DNA from: Psammoneis japonica
Taxonomy: Eukaryota
Direction of reading: 5' to 3'
Length of the DNA: 35,993 nt
NCBI GenBank assembly: GCA_008632985.1
Contig: QPGO01000282.1
Coordinates: 38,377-74,369, forward strand
Part shown: in pieces, positions 1 to 10,281 of the stretch
How the letters are laid out: each line of letters starts with the position of its first letter
Position numbering within the stretch: position 1 is the first letter of the stretch
The notes under the pieces: model-generated
What the model was told of the DNA's origin: nothing
The model's input: only the letters and a program-made list of their open reading frames with translations
Databases searched by the model: none
Program-made: the position numbers and the translations under genes

Positions 1-499
1 AAGCCTGTGGGAAAGCAAGAAGCTTGTGCAGGCCCCCAGCTGAGGTTTGGGAACAAGGCTTGAAAGAAATCTCCACCCAAGAATGAATGTTTGCACCCAA
101 GCACAGGAGCAGGGTCTGGGCAATTGAGTGGTGACAGAAACTCCAGTGTTGTGGAAATTGTGAGACTGCTCTGTGCAAGCTCAAGCATTTGGTGATGCAT
201 GGCTTCTGTGCCACTCCTTCATGCAATGAGATGTGCCAATTGTGGGGCAGTCAGCTGGGTCATGATTTGCCTGTGCAAAACTCCTGTGGATGACAGCAGG
301 CTCACAAGGTGCTTCTGCATGATCAGCTGCACCTGTGGGCCAGCCTGCAGACACAACATGTGCTGTGCAATTTGGTGTTGCCCACTGCACAGTGGCACAG
401 GATTGTCGTTGTCCAAACCAGCTGGTGCTGCACAATTGTCCAGGTGAACAATTCTTGATGAATGCCCGCCCACTCCATCTCATTGGTGGGAGCTGCTGA

Positions 500-1500
500 T
501 GGCATGGCTGCCAACAATCTGGGCTTGTGCCCTGGTGCTTGTGCTGCTGCTGCTGGCACCAAGAATTTTGTCATGCACCAAAGAGTGCAAACACCTTTGA
601 AACATGCATCAATCTGCACAGCTGCCACTGCGTGCTGGGTTGACCCAAAGTCTGGTCAACCTCACCTGCTGCCAGCCCACAAGGCCATGCACTTTGAGGG
701 CCAGATGAAAATTTTGCTCTTCACCCCAGCCAGTTGGGCTCAAATGGGTTGGGGCTGCTCATGATGCACCTTGCAAGCTTGACAAGAGCAGCACTCTCCT
801 CACTCTCAGCTGCATTCTTCCATGGTGCTCAACAAAAGTCACAGCCCTGCTGCAATCAGAGGGAGTTTTGCTGGAAATTGAATCTGACAAACCTTGCTCA
901 GGTGAACCCAGTCAATCTTCCATGGCTGGAGCTGACATTGCTGCCGAAGTTGGAGCCCTTGTTGACACTTCTTTGGACAAAAGGAGGGAGATGTCCAAAG
1001 TGGTGCGGCGGCACTCCAGAACAGATCGGGGAAGGCAAGGACCCCCAAATGTGGTTGGCTGTCAGAAGATCACACGTCATTTGGGTGGAAGAAACTCTCT
1101 TGACTGTGACACGGAGTCAAGAGCCTCCATCACATCATGGGCAATGGCAAGAATTTCACAGCCAATGTGGAAATGGTGGAACAAGATGTTTGAAGAAGTT
1201 GTGCGAGGCACACGATGCACCCAGTTTCCAAGAGCATCTCTTGACAATTGCCTGGACAGGATGTGCAGTGCAGAAGCTGACATGCCGTTCAAACCAGAGC
1301 AGATGCACTGAGTTGTCTTTGCCTGAAAACTTTGCCTCTGATCCTGTCAGCACACAAACAGTCTCCTCCCCAACAGCACTGACATGGAACTTGAGTGCCT
1401 TCTCTCCATTCCCTCTCTGCTCATGGGGTTTGGTCGATTCCAGCCACTGAACCATCTGTGCAACAACCAGGTTGCTCTCAGGCTTTGCAACCCCACTGGT
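500..1500 (+). mobile_element. Heavily mutated Ty1/copia (CoDi-like) pol relic: protease-adjacent region to start of integrase
   Basis: Frameshifted pieces occur in the expected order: 'GTKNFV', 'TAATACWVDPKSGQPHLLPAHKAMHFEGQM' (cf. CoDi 'TAATAY.DP.TG..YIL..HEALYFG..M'), 'PSQLGSNG', 'LPWLELT', 'GFGRFQPL'. Positions expected to be Tyr read C or H. Recognised from memory; ends are approximate. Confidence 0.55.
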
Positions 1501-1589
1501 TGGAGAGCAGATGTGTGTCATCTCCCCAATGAAATTGCAGTGGGCATGACAGCATTTCCCCAGACCTTGATGGGGAATGAGAGGAGCTC

Positions 1590-3150
1590 GGTCAAATGGG
1601 ACAAAAAGCAACAGCTCAATGCATCCCCAGCACATCTGAGATGGCCAGTTCCTTCCCATTGAGACATGTGGAGTGCCAGTGCAGTGGCAAGGATCCCTTC
1701 ATGCCGTGCCTGGACCAGTCATTCATCCCCAACAACTGCAAATTGTCTCGATGCCTTTGATGCGTTTCTGTTTTGCTGACAAATTTCAAAGCTCTCTGCC
1801 GTCATCCATTTGGGTGAATGACAAAGTGCAGCTGTTCATTGACATTTTGGCATGGGCTGGGCATCTGACCACAGTGATGTCCCCAATCCGGACACCACAT
1901 GTCCAGAGCCTCCTTCTCCAGTGCAAATCTCGTTCTGTGCATGCAAGTCATCACCGCTGCTCTGATGCACTTTATGATTTCCTGCGTTGGGCATTGTGCA
2001 TCTCCAAACCTGTGCACGAGATGTTCCATGCTTGGCATGCCTGAAACAAAGCCACCACCAACCCAGCACAGACACACGCCCTGCAAACGCGCCAGACTTG
2101 CAAATTCCTCCTCCATGCTGAGCAATGCAGAAAAGGCAAGAGCAAAACCAAGGATGTGTGGCCAAGGTGTGCTTTGACATGCAAGGTCACAACCAGCTTT
2201 GCCCACAATTTCTTTGTCAAAACACAAAGGAACAATGGCCGACCTTGATGACACAAACAAGAGTGCACAATGGAAATGTTGCATGAGCCCTGTCTTCGCT
2301 TTTTGTGTGGCAAAACACAGATGGCCACAGCATCATGCAGCACAAACTGCAAGACACCACCACACATGAAAATCAAGAAAATGGGCTGTGACACCTTGAC
2401 GACTCTGCCCATTCTGCAGCAGGTGGTGCAGACCCTGAGTGCAACAGCAAGAAGAATTGCAGTGGCAGAAAAGGCAAAGCCAAGGCCACGCAGCACCCCG
2501 CTCAGGTGGCTGCAATCCACCTGGACCTTTGGCAGAGGCGGAGATGTGTTGGCAGCTCCATCACACAAAATGTGTGGGGTCAAACTGTGCCACGTTCCAT
2601 CTCAAATGATGTCTGCAACAGCATCAAACATGACATTTCCGGTTTCTGGATCTTTTCGTTCCACAAAAATGAGCAGCTGGCAGTGTGCATGGTCAAATCA
2701 AGAATCTCTGTTGTCAGGTCAACGGCAATGGGACCCTTGTTTCCCACAAAGCTTTGCATTGACAGGGTGCTCTCAATGGGAGATGCTGTCAAAGCAAGTG
2801 ACGGGGCACAAGCAGCCAATCCCACAGAGATTGTGGAATCATGCAGAAAGATCCCCAGATCTGGAGACTTGAATGTTCTTTTGACTGGAAGCTGATCTCA
2901 CGTGATGGGATGGCTCTGAAGCTCTTGCATGCTCAAAACCAATGTGTCTGCTTCCACCAGAGCTCACAAGTTCCTGGCATTGCAGTCTGGACAAAAAGGA
3001 TGGAACATCTGGAGCTTGTTCCACGAGCCACTTGCAGGGTGCAGGTCATCTGAGAAAATCCACGCACTGTGATCATCTCCAACGATCCCCGGCAACAGCA
3101 AACCAAGGGCATCAGGTTGTTCAGCCAAGGGAGAGATTCCAGGCCGCAAA
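1590..3150 (-). pseudogene. Class C (7tm_3, GABA-B-like) GPCR pseudogene of the type expanded in diatoms
   Basis: Minus-strand fragments in colinear order: 'WIFSD', 'GLAAC', 'DGAANTSPPLPKVQVDCSHL', TM1 'LRGLGFAFSATAILLAV', 'RVVKVSQPIFLIFMC', 'SAIVPLCFD', 'GCDLACQSTPW..ILGFALAFSALLS', and a possible TM7 end 'LLLFVP' (~1600). Many frameshifts. The part below ~1750 is uncertain. Confidence 0.75.
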
Positions 3151-3200
3151 ACAGCAAGGTGTTGCCCAGGTTTTTACACCATGTTGCTGGAGCACATTTT

Positions 3201-3280
3201 AGAGCGGGAGGGAAGAGAAGAGGAGAAAAAAGGAAGAAAAAGAAAGAAGAGAAAAGAAAAGAGAAAAAAGGAGGGAGAGA
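3201..3280 (+). repeat. Polypurine (A/G) low-complexity tract
   Basis: About 80 nt composed almost entirely of A and G, read directly. Confidence 0.9.
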
Positions 3281-3529
3281 CTCTGTTTTTTCGCCTTGCA
3301 ACAAAGCATTCGAAAAGCATTGTGTTTTGTGGACATCGGCATTGAATTTCAAATGTCCATTTTAGAAGCTCTTTTGCAGGGAGCTTGAGACCATTTCAGA
3401 TGTTTTTAGAAGCGGCTTTGGAGCTCGAAGTTCTGCGCATGTGTGGGCTTGCCAGAAATGCACGTGTGCAATTTGTGCCAATCCACACACACCAGAATTG
3501 AGCAAAAAAGGCCTTCCATCACTTTCCTT

Positions 3530-3652
3530 TCAGCCAATCAGAACCAAACAAAAGCAAGAGATGTTTCCCCTCAGCCAATCAGAAGTCAGCACGTTCATCA
3601 CGTCTGTCATGCGTCAGCCCCGTCAGCGTGAGAATGAGCCTTTGGCCAATGA
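3530..3652 (+). promoter_or_regulatory. Cluster of CCAAT boxes and CGTCA motifs (promoter-like or TE-terminal sequence)
   Basis: TCAGCCAATCAGAA occurs twice (3530-3543, 3571-3584) and GGCCAATGA once (3644-3652), with two CGTCA motifs between. Function is inferred only. Confidence 0.35.
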
Positions 3653-4761
3653 CTCCCTGCATCACTCGTGCCAGTCGTCAAATCTTATTTAGATTCACTC
3701 GCATCTAAAGATGAAGGTTCAACTGATCTCTCTCATCTCGGCCTCCATCTCATCGACAACACTGCATTGTGGCATGCAAGCACAGTTGCGTCTGGCATGT
3801 GATGCGATTTGCCTGAAAATGTCAGGCAACGACAATGTTGTTTGCAATCTTCAGGACCTGACAAATCTGAATGCACAATGCACTGACCAAGCATCTGGCC
3901 GTGGGGAGTTTGGGGCGGGGAGCAGGGGTCAGGAAAATTCGAGAACCTGATGGACGACAGACGTGGTGCTCTCTCTCTCATCAATGCATTGCATCACTCA
4001 TCACTTTCCAAGAAGGAAACAGCAAACCATCACCGTCGTCACATCCTTTGGGTGTTCCTACAAGCCAGAATGTCTCCATTGCCAGAGGACTGAAGTGGAG
4101 GTATGATGCTCATTGCACAACTGATTCAACAATGACAATGGAATTGTGGTGTGTTTTTGTCTGACGAATGACACGTGGCCGATTGACATGTTTTTTTCTC
4201 TCCTTGTTTTCCGTTGTGTGCTGTCGCATTTTCCGAATTGTCCTTGAACCTTGTTCTCCGCAGCATCCTAAAATTTCTTTATGTGCTTACATGCATGCCA
4301 ATGGGATTCCAAGAAAAGCACTTTTGGCGCTTCTTTGCTTCGAAATGTGAGACTGTTGTGGCGTGTGGTGGTGTGTTTGGCCGCCGATGGTGCGAAACAG
4401 CGATCAACATCACCAACAACACAGCATGCTTTTAACAGCCCCACAAACAAACAAAAACAACTGTCTTGGTGCTTCGAACTTTGGTGAAGTCGTCAGGAGC
4501 AAACTCAAAACGAGCAGACTTTAAACACACGCCGTGGTCATGACGATGAAGATTGTAGCGGCTTCCGAGTTTGGATTCGAGATGATACTTGGATCAAACC
4601 CAGCACTGGTTTAAATTGTGTCAAAACCAACTTGCCACTTCGCGGACACGATTCCCTGCACGCAAAAATCTGAATGCGCAAGCACGCACTTTCCCACACA
4701 CTCTTCGTCTCACAATCGCAGTTCTGGCAAGAAAGTAAAGTGTCGCATCAACAATGTCACC

Positions 4762-6005
4762 ATGTTGTACACTTTCCTCTTCTTGAATGCCTTGTTTCTC
4801 ATCGGCAACTATGGCTCAGCCATTTCTTGCCTGCGCAGGGATCCTAAAGAGTTCCTGGTGGGCGCGGTGCTCTGCTTCGTCTTGTGTTGCTTGTTGAGGA
4901 ACATCGACGTCTGGATCGTCGTCCGAACCTTTGTGGTTGCATTTCTCCTCTGGCTCCACACGATCCTTACTGCGGCATTGTCCAAGCAGACAAGGTGGAA
5001 TTGTTCTGAATTTATCCAGCCTCCCCACGTTCCTCGCAGCCACTTTGTGGAGGCGCAATGCAAGACGCATCGTTACGACGTCAATGAGCCATTTGCATCG
5101 TAAGTTTTTGTTGCTCTTGTTGCACTGCCTGTTGTTGTGACGCTTGTTTCTAACGTCACCTTCTTTCTTTGACATTCCATTTCTTGCGTTCAGCTCTGCT
5201 GACAGCACTGGTTCCAACAGTGGAGTGGCTCACGAGCCGTCTTCAAACTACAACCCCCCACCCTCCGTCGATTTTAAAGAAAAAGACAACGTCAAAGCTT
5301 CACCTCCCAAGCCGAGCCTTCCAAAGTGCCACTGCAACGTCAAACCAGAAAAAGACAACGTCCAAGCTTCACCTGTCAAGCCGAGCCCTCCAAAGTGCCA
5401 GTGCAGAGTCGGTGAGAGAGTTTTGCACACGAGTGGCAATGCCAACGACGTCGCTTCTGCCAAGATCATGGCACTCACCGGACGACAAAACTCGCACTAC
5501 ACTGTCCTCTTCTCTAACAACAGAGAGAGGCAGACGGTTGAAAAGAATCTATCGCCCATCCCAAAAACACCAACGTCAGAAAAAGACGACATCGAAGCAT
5601 CGCCTCACAAGCCGAGCCCTCCAAAGCACCAGTGCAAAGTCGGCAAGAACATCAGCACACGAAAGCAATGCCAACGACGTCGCATCTGCCAAGATCATGC
5701 ATTCACCTTGACGACAAAACTCCGCACTACACCATCCTCTTCTCCAACGGCAGAGAGCGACAGACAGAAGAAAAGAATCTATCTCCCGCCCCCAAAAACC
5801 GACGTCCAAGTACGAGAAGGGCCAAGACGTGCATTGCTGCCGCAACAACGCTCGTGTGTTGGCCAAGATTCTCAGGGTGTACTTTGATGATGATCTCGTG
5901 GCGCATTACGACATTAAATGCATGGATGGGAGCGAGAGGCAGACGATTGACAAGCACCTGGAGGAATGTCCGGCTCCCGAGTTGCAGGGAGTGCGACGAG
6001 GCTGA
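4762..6005 (+). pseudogene. Spliced gene: hydrophobic N-terminus plus three copies of a small Tudor/SH3-like repeat; frameshifted and partly TpA-mutated
   Basis: ATG at 4762. A GTAAG...CAG intron at 5100-5193 joins the two ORFs in frame. Repeats: 'CRVGERVLHT..AKIM..HYTVLFSNNRERQTVEKNL', 'CKVG..AKIM..HLDDKTPHYTILFSNGRERQTEEKNL', 'YEKGQDVHCC..AKILRVYFDDDLVAHYDIKCMDGSERQTIDKHL'. TGA at 6003-6005. The fold assignment is inference. Confidence 0.6.
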
Positions 6006-6702
6006 GTTTTTTGCTGTTGCGGGTGAAGAAGATCGTCTGTGATTGTGCATCTTATTTTTCATTCAGGCCTGCATTGTCGTGAAGACGTGTTGGGCAGAAA
6101 TTGTTTCAGATGTCAGCTTGTGGTGCGCATTCACTTGTCATTTTGGTGCTCGAGTTCAACTGCAGCAGCAAAGTTGGAAGAGGCTTTCCAGATCTCGCAT
6201 TCAGGCACGCATTGTCAAGACGACACATGTGAGTTGGCCGCCGTTTCGGAACTGGTTTTGTGTGCCGGCAGAAGAGAATGCAAGATCCAGTTCGCCTCTG
6301 AAAGCTAATGTTGAACAGCAGCAACACTTGTTCCAATGTTCAAGTCGAAAACCATTGCAGGACTGGCGGAATCGAATGAGAAAACGAGAAACAAACATTA
6401 GACGGGCTTTTTGCGTGCAAGGTAGAAGCTCACGGATTGTCAGGTTTAGTGTGGCGGGCATGGGGCATGGGAGTGGGGCTGGGGCTGGGGCTCGAGAGGG
6501 ACCAGTTAGCGTGCTGTAGAGCATTAGGCCTGCAGATCAAGATTGTGAAAACAAAACAAAAATTAGAAAACGCGTTGTCAGAACATCTCTTTTGCACTTT
6601 TGAAAACTCGCTTTCACATCGTCCTGCTTGCAATCATCCGCTGTCAGTGCAAGTGAGGTAACCAAGACTGTCATTGAGTGCAAGGTTGTTGGTTGAGAGC
6701 GT

Positions 6703-7364
6703 CTGCTTTGTCCAAAGATTGCCGCACAGGTTGCGACCATCAGCATTGAGCATCTCATGTACCGCACGAATCCACCAGGCCCGCTTCTGGCTTGGTCGGC
6801 AATCTCAAGGGCGGTCTCCACCAGAATGTCAAGGATCTTCGCATCGTCAAGGACCCAACAAAGGATAAAAAGTATCCCAAGTAGCTCGGGGCCGGTTGCA
6901 GATCATTTTGTGCCGAGGAGGGTGCGTCCGTGAAGGTGTTGCTTGAATCGGAACGGGCAATTCTGCACATCTCATTCGACACTTTGCCCACGCTTGTCCA
7001 TTGTCGCCTTGTGCTGATGCCATTAACGACACAGCCACACACTGCTTTGTTCAAAGATTGCCACATGCCGCAGGTTGCGACCATCAGCACGAAGCATCTC
7101 CTGTGCCGCACAAATCCACCAGGCCCGTTTCAGGCTTGAACGGCAATCTCAAGGGCGGCCTCTACCAGAATGTCAGGAACTTCATGTCGTCAAGGACCCG
7201 ACAAAGGATAAAAAGTGTCCCAAGCATCTCGCGTTCGGTTGCAAATCACTTGGTGCTGAGGAGGACGGGTCCGTGGAGGTGTTGCTTGCATCGGCCGGGT
7301 GACACTGCACACTTCACTGATGCTTTGCCGATGCCTGTCCATTGGCGCCTTGTGCTGATGCCAT
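6703..7364 (+). repeat. Diverged direct duplication, ~320-340 bp x2 (6703-7024 and 7043-7364)
   Basis: Alignable by eye through shared blocks such as caggttgcgaccatcagca, aatccaccaggcccg, acaaaggataaaaagt and cgccttgtgctgatgccat. Confidence 0.9.
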
Positions 7365-7382
7365 GGACGATGCAGGCCATGC

Positions 7383-7786
7383 CTCAGAACAGCAAGCGCT
7401 TCTACGCTGAACTGTGTGCACGAGAAGAGCATTTTGCGGAAGGCACATCCTTCATGATGTTGGGACTCGGCGCTTCGAGTTGTCATTTCTTCTGCAAGGC
7501 CGCCATGGATGTGGAGGACAGGATGTTGGAGTTGGGAAAAAAACTGGCGACGGTTCGGCGGAAGATGCAGGCTGTGCTTCAGAACGGCAAGCGCTTCTAC
7601 GCTGCACTGTGTGCATGAGAAGCGCCTTTTGCGAAAGGCGCATCCTTCATGATGTTGGGACTCGGCGATTCGAGTCATTGTTTCTCTTAAAGGCCGCCAA
7701 AGATGTGGAGGACAAGATGTTAGATTTGGGCGCAAAAAAGCCTGCTTCCCACGGGAACTGGCGACGATTCGGCGGAAGAGGGCAGG
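7383..7786 (+). repeat. Diverged direct duplication, ~190-210 bp x2, of the flavodoxin segment
   Basis: Shared blocks gcaagcgcttctacgctg, catccttcatgatgttgggactcggcg and gatgtggaggaca at ~7392-7520 and ~7587-7715. Confidence 0.9.
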
Positions 7787-8610
7787 AAGAAGGACTTGCG
7801 AGTGGCTTGACGGCGTCTGGCCCACACTTGATGTCCCCCCCAAGAGTTCCCGCACGTTGCGCCGGTCAAGGTTGGGTTTTGGCTTTGTCCAATTCTGCTT
7901 GCAACAAAGGACCAACAGGACGAGAACCAATGCTTTACATCCGAAAAGATGTGCCCCGAGGACTGTGGCCGAGACTTCCGTAACATCAAGTTCGACAAGG
8001 ACGTTGACTAGAAGTCGGCGATCCGCTCGACATCTTCCCTCTGCTCAGCGGACTATGACGAACGTGCCGTCGTCAACATTCACGCTTGGGAAATGGATGG
8101 AGACGTTTCTCTCGTCTGTCTCTTTGCCAGTGCTCTTGATCTGTTCGGAAGCCAAGCACTCACTTCATGCAGCAGTTTGCAACCTTTGAGACCGATCCAG
8201 AACAACGCAAGACAATGTTGGATCCGAGCTTTTTTGCTAGAAAGAAGCAAAGGCTAACGGCAACAGGTGCGGGTGCAATTTCACTGCTTCGATTCGAGAC
8301 GGCGCGTCCTCCTCTGCCAACCCTTCTCGCGATGATTCCATTGAACAAACCGCATGCCTGCTCTGTTGCCAGTTCGCCATCCGCTGGCAAGGATTGCATC
8401 AAGCTCTGCATGTTGATCGACACTTGGTGCGCGGACGGCATGATTTGTCCAAAAAACAAAACCAACGTGATAGAAAGGATCGCAGATGACGATCGCAGTT
8501 CTAGCTTGGTTTTGAGACAGCGGTGGGACGACGGCGAAGCGTCATCGCCAGACCGCCAGATTCAAATCTGCTTCGCCACTGGCTGGCTGGAGGGTGGAGT
8601 GGCACTGCAC

Positions 8611-8842
8611 TGTTCCAACGCTTTCACTTCGACTCATTGTGTGGCTAAATGTTTCGATTCAATGATTAAAATTTCAAAAGATGCCGACGAAACATCAAAA
8701 GTGCCTGAAAATTTCAAAAGATGCCGGAGTTCAACGCACACACCTGTTCCAACGCTTTCACTGCGACTCATTGTATGGCTAAATATTTCGATTCAAGAAG
8801 ATGCCGACAAAACATCAAAAGAGTGCCTGAATAGAAAATTTC
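8611..8842 (+). repeat. Direct repeat, ~100 bp x2 (8611-8715 and 8745-8842)
   Basis: Both copies begin tgttccaacgctttcact and contain agatgccgac.aaacatcaaaag. Confidence 0.9.
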
Positions 8843-9170
8843 GAAATCCGCCGTACACACGCTGTATGTCTGTCTGTCTGTCTGTCTGTACATAAACGTA
8901 AACAGAAAGCACAAAAACCCAAACGCCAAAGCAGTGAAAGGATGCGAGAATGCGATGCGGGATGCGGCGGAAGCGGAAGGAGCTTGTGCGTGAAGTAGAG
9001 TATCCAAGAGCAAAAAAGGGTTGATGCGAGTGTGCTAGTAGTCTAATAGCAACCTCCTTATTACCTTTAGAACTACACCAGTGATCTTGTTGACCCATAT
9101 CGATTGTTCTTCATTCTGATTGGGTTCAAATTTGTGAAAAAATCCCGCATCCAACGAAAGATACAGAAGA

Positions 9171-10281
9171 ATGAGCGTCAGCCACGAAGCGAAAACGAGC
9201 ATGAATGACGAGGACGAGAAAGCGGTCCTTGCTATTTTGAAAGCTGCCAAAAAGTCCGATATTATGGATCTCGATACGTGTACCAAGATGGATAAAAAGA
9301 CGGGTCGAGTGACGGAACTCAGTCTGGGTCGATGCAAAGAACTGTCGGAGATTCCTGCCGAGTTGGAGACATTGACGGAGCTCGAGCATCTCAACCTTCG
9401 AATGTGCACCAGCCTGAAAACGTTACCACCGCAATTATCAAAGCTGGCAAAACTGAAACGATTGGATCTTCCGGGATGTAAAAATCTACAAACGATACCC
9501 AGTGAGGTGGGACAGCTGTCGGAACTTGTAGAGTTGGATCTGGGTGGTTGCGCGAAACTCGAAGAACTTCCACGCGAGATTGGAATGCTGCATAGACTGG
9601 AGAAACTGAACTTGTCGCGTTGTCGAAGCTTGACAGGACTACCCTCAGAAATCGGGGCTCTTGAGAATTTAAAAGAGCTTGATCTAGGAGGCTGCACCAA
9701 GGTCAAGTCGTTACCACCCGAGATTGGCCAACTGAGCAAGCTAACGAGCCTTTCTCTTTGAGTTGCACACAACTCACCTTGTTGCCTCTAGAGATTGGTC
9801 AATTGTCGTCTCTCTCTACCCTTCAGTTGGATGGGTGCGAACAACTGAAAATGCTTCCCAGCAGCATTTCCAACCTGTCGGAACTCAAATCCCTGAGTCT
9901 CAATCTTTGTACGCAACTCAAAGCTCTTCCGACGTATATTGGCGAGCTATCCAAGTTAGCGATACTGGACCTTCGAGGGTATGAATGAAATCGATACCAA
10001 GGAGATTGACACTGACAATTCAAGAAGCTTGACCTCATTACTGTCAGTTGATCGGTCCTCCGAAGTGGAGGGTGGGGTCAGTTGGCAGAATGTAGGAATA
10101 TCTGGACCTTCGAGGGTGCATCGAATTGAAATCGATACCCAAGGAGATTGGACAACTGACCAATCTCAAGAAGCTTGACCTCAGTTACTGTCAGTTGATC
10201 CGGTCTCTACCAAAAGAAGTGGAGGGGCTCAAAGGTTGCAATATTATAATTGTTGGCACCTACATGTCTCCAGATGCATGA
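9171..10281 (+). CDS. Intracellular leucine-rich repeat protein (24-aa LxxLxLxxCxxLxxLPxEIGxL repeats), frameshifted in this assembly
   Basis: Regular LRRs in ORFs 9171-9761 and 9758-9988, joined by a 1-nt shift at ~9760. A deletion-riddled stretch follows (~9980-10100), then clean 'LDLRGCIELKSIPKEIGQLTNLKKLDLSYCQLIRSLPKEV...PDA' ending at TGA 10279-10281. Confidence 0.85.

Larger units (their letters stand above)
6660..8440 (+). pseudogene. Diflavin reductase pseudogene (flavodoxin plus FAD-binding domain; CPR / sulfite-reductase flavoprotein / PNO C-terminal type) with internal duplications
   Basis: Flavodoxin motifs 'SVEVLLAS', 'DAMDD', 'AMPQNSKRFY', 'MLGLGDSS', 'FCKAA.DVED.ML.LG', 'GDDSAEEG.EEGL'. 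FAD-domain motifs 'PEDCGRDFR', 'EVGDPLDIFP', 'LLAMIP..KPHACSVASSP' (canonical PRxYSIASSP). Multiple frameshifts; no NADPH domain seen. Confidence 0.8.

Noticed and set aside
1802..2284. DIRS-type reverse transcriptase ('LGFALAFS...CWVGGG' read as a degenerate YxDD region)
   Set aside because: The flanking motifs fit class C GPCR TM1-TM3 much better and in the right order.
1..4100. Classical fungal RIP
   Set aside because: RIP enriches TpA and depletes CpA/TpG; the opposite is seen here.
9759..9761. Selenocysteine or readthrough TGA in the LRR gene
   Set aside because: The LRR pattern continues in a different frame, so this is a frameshift.
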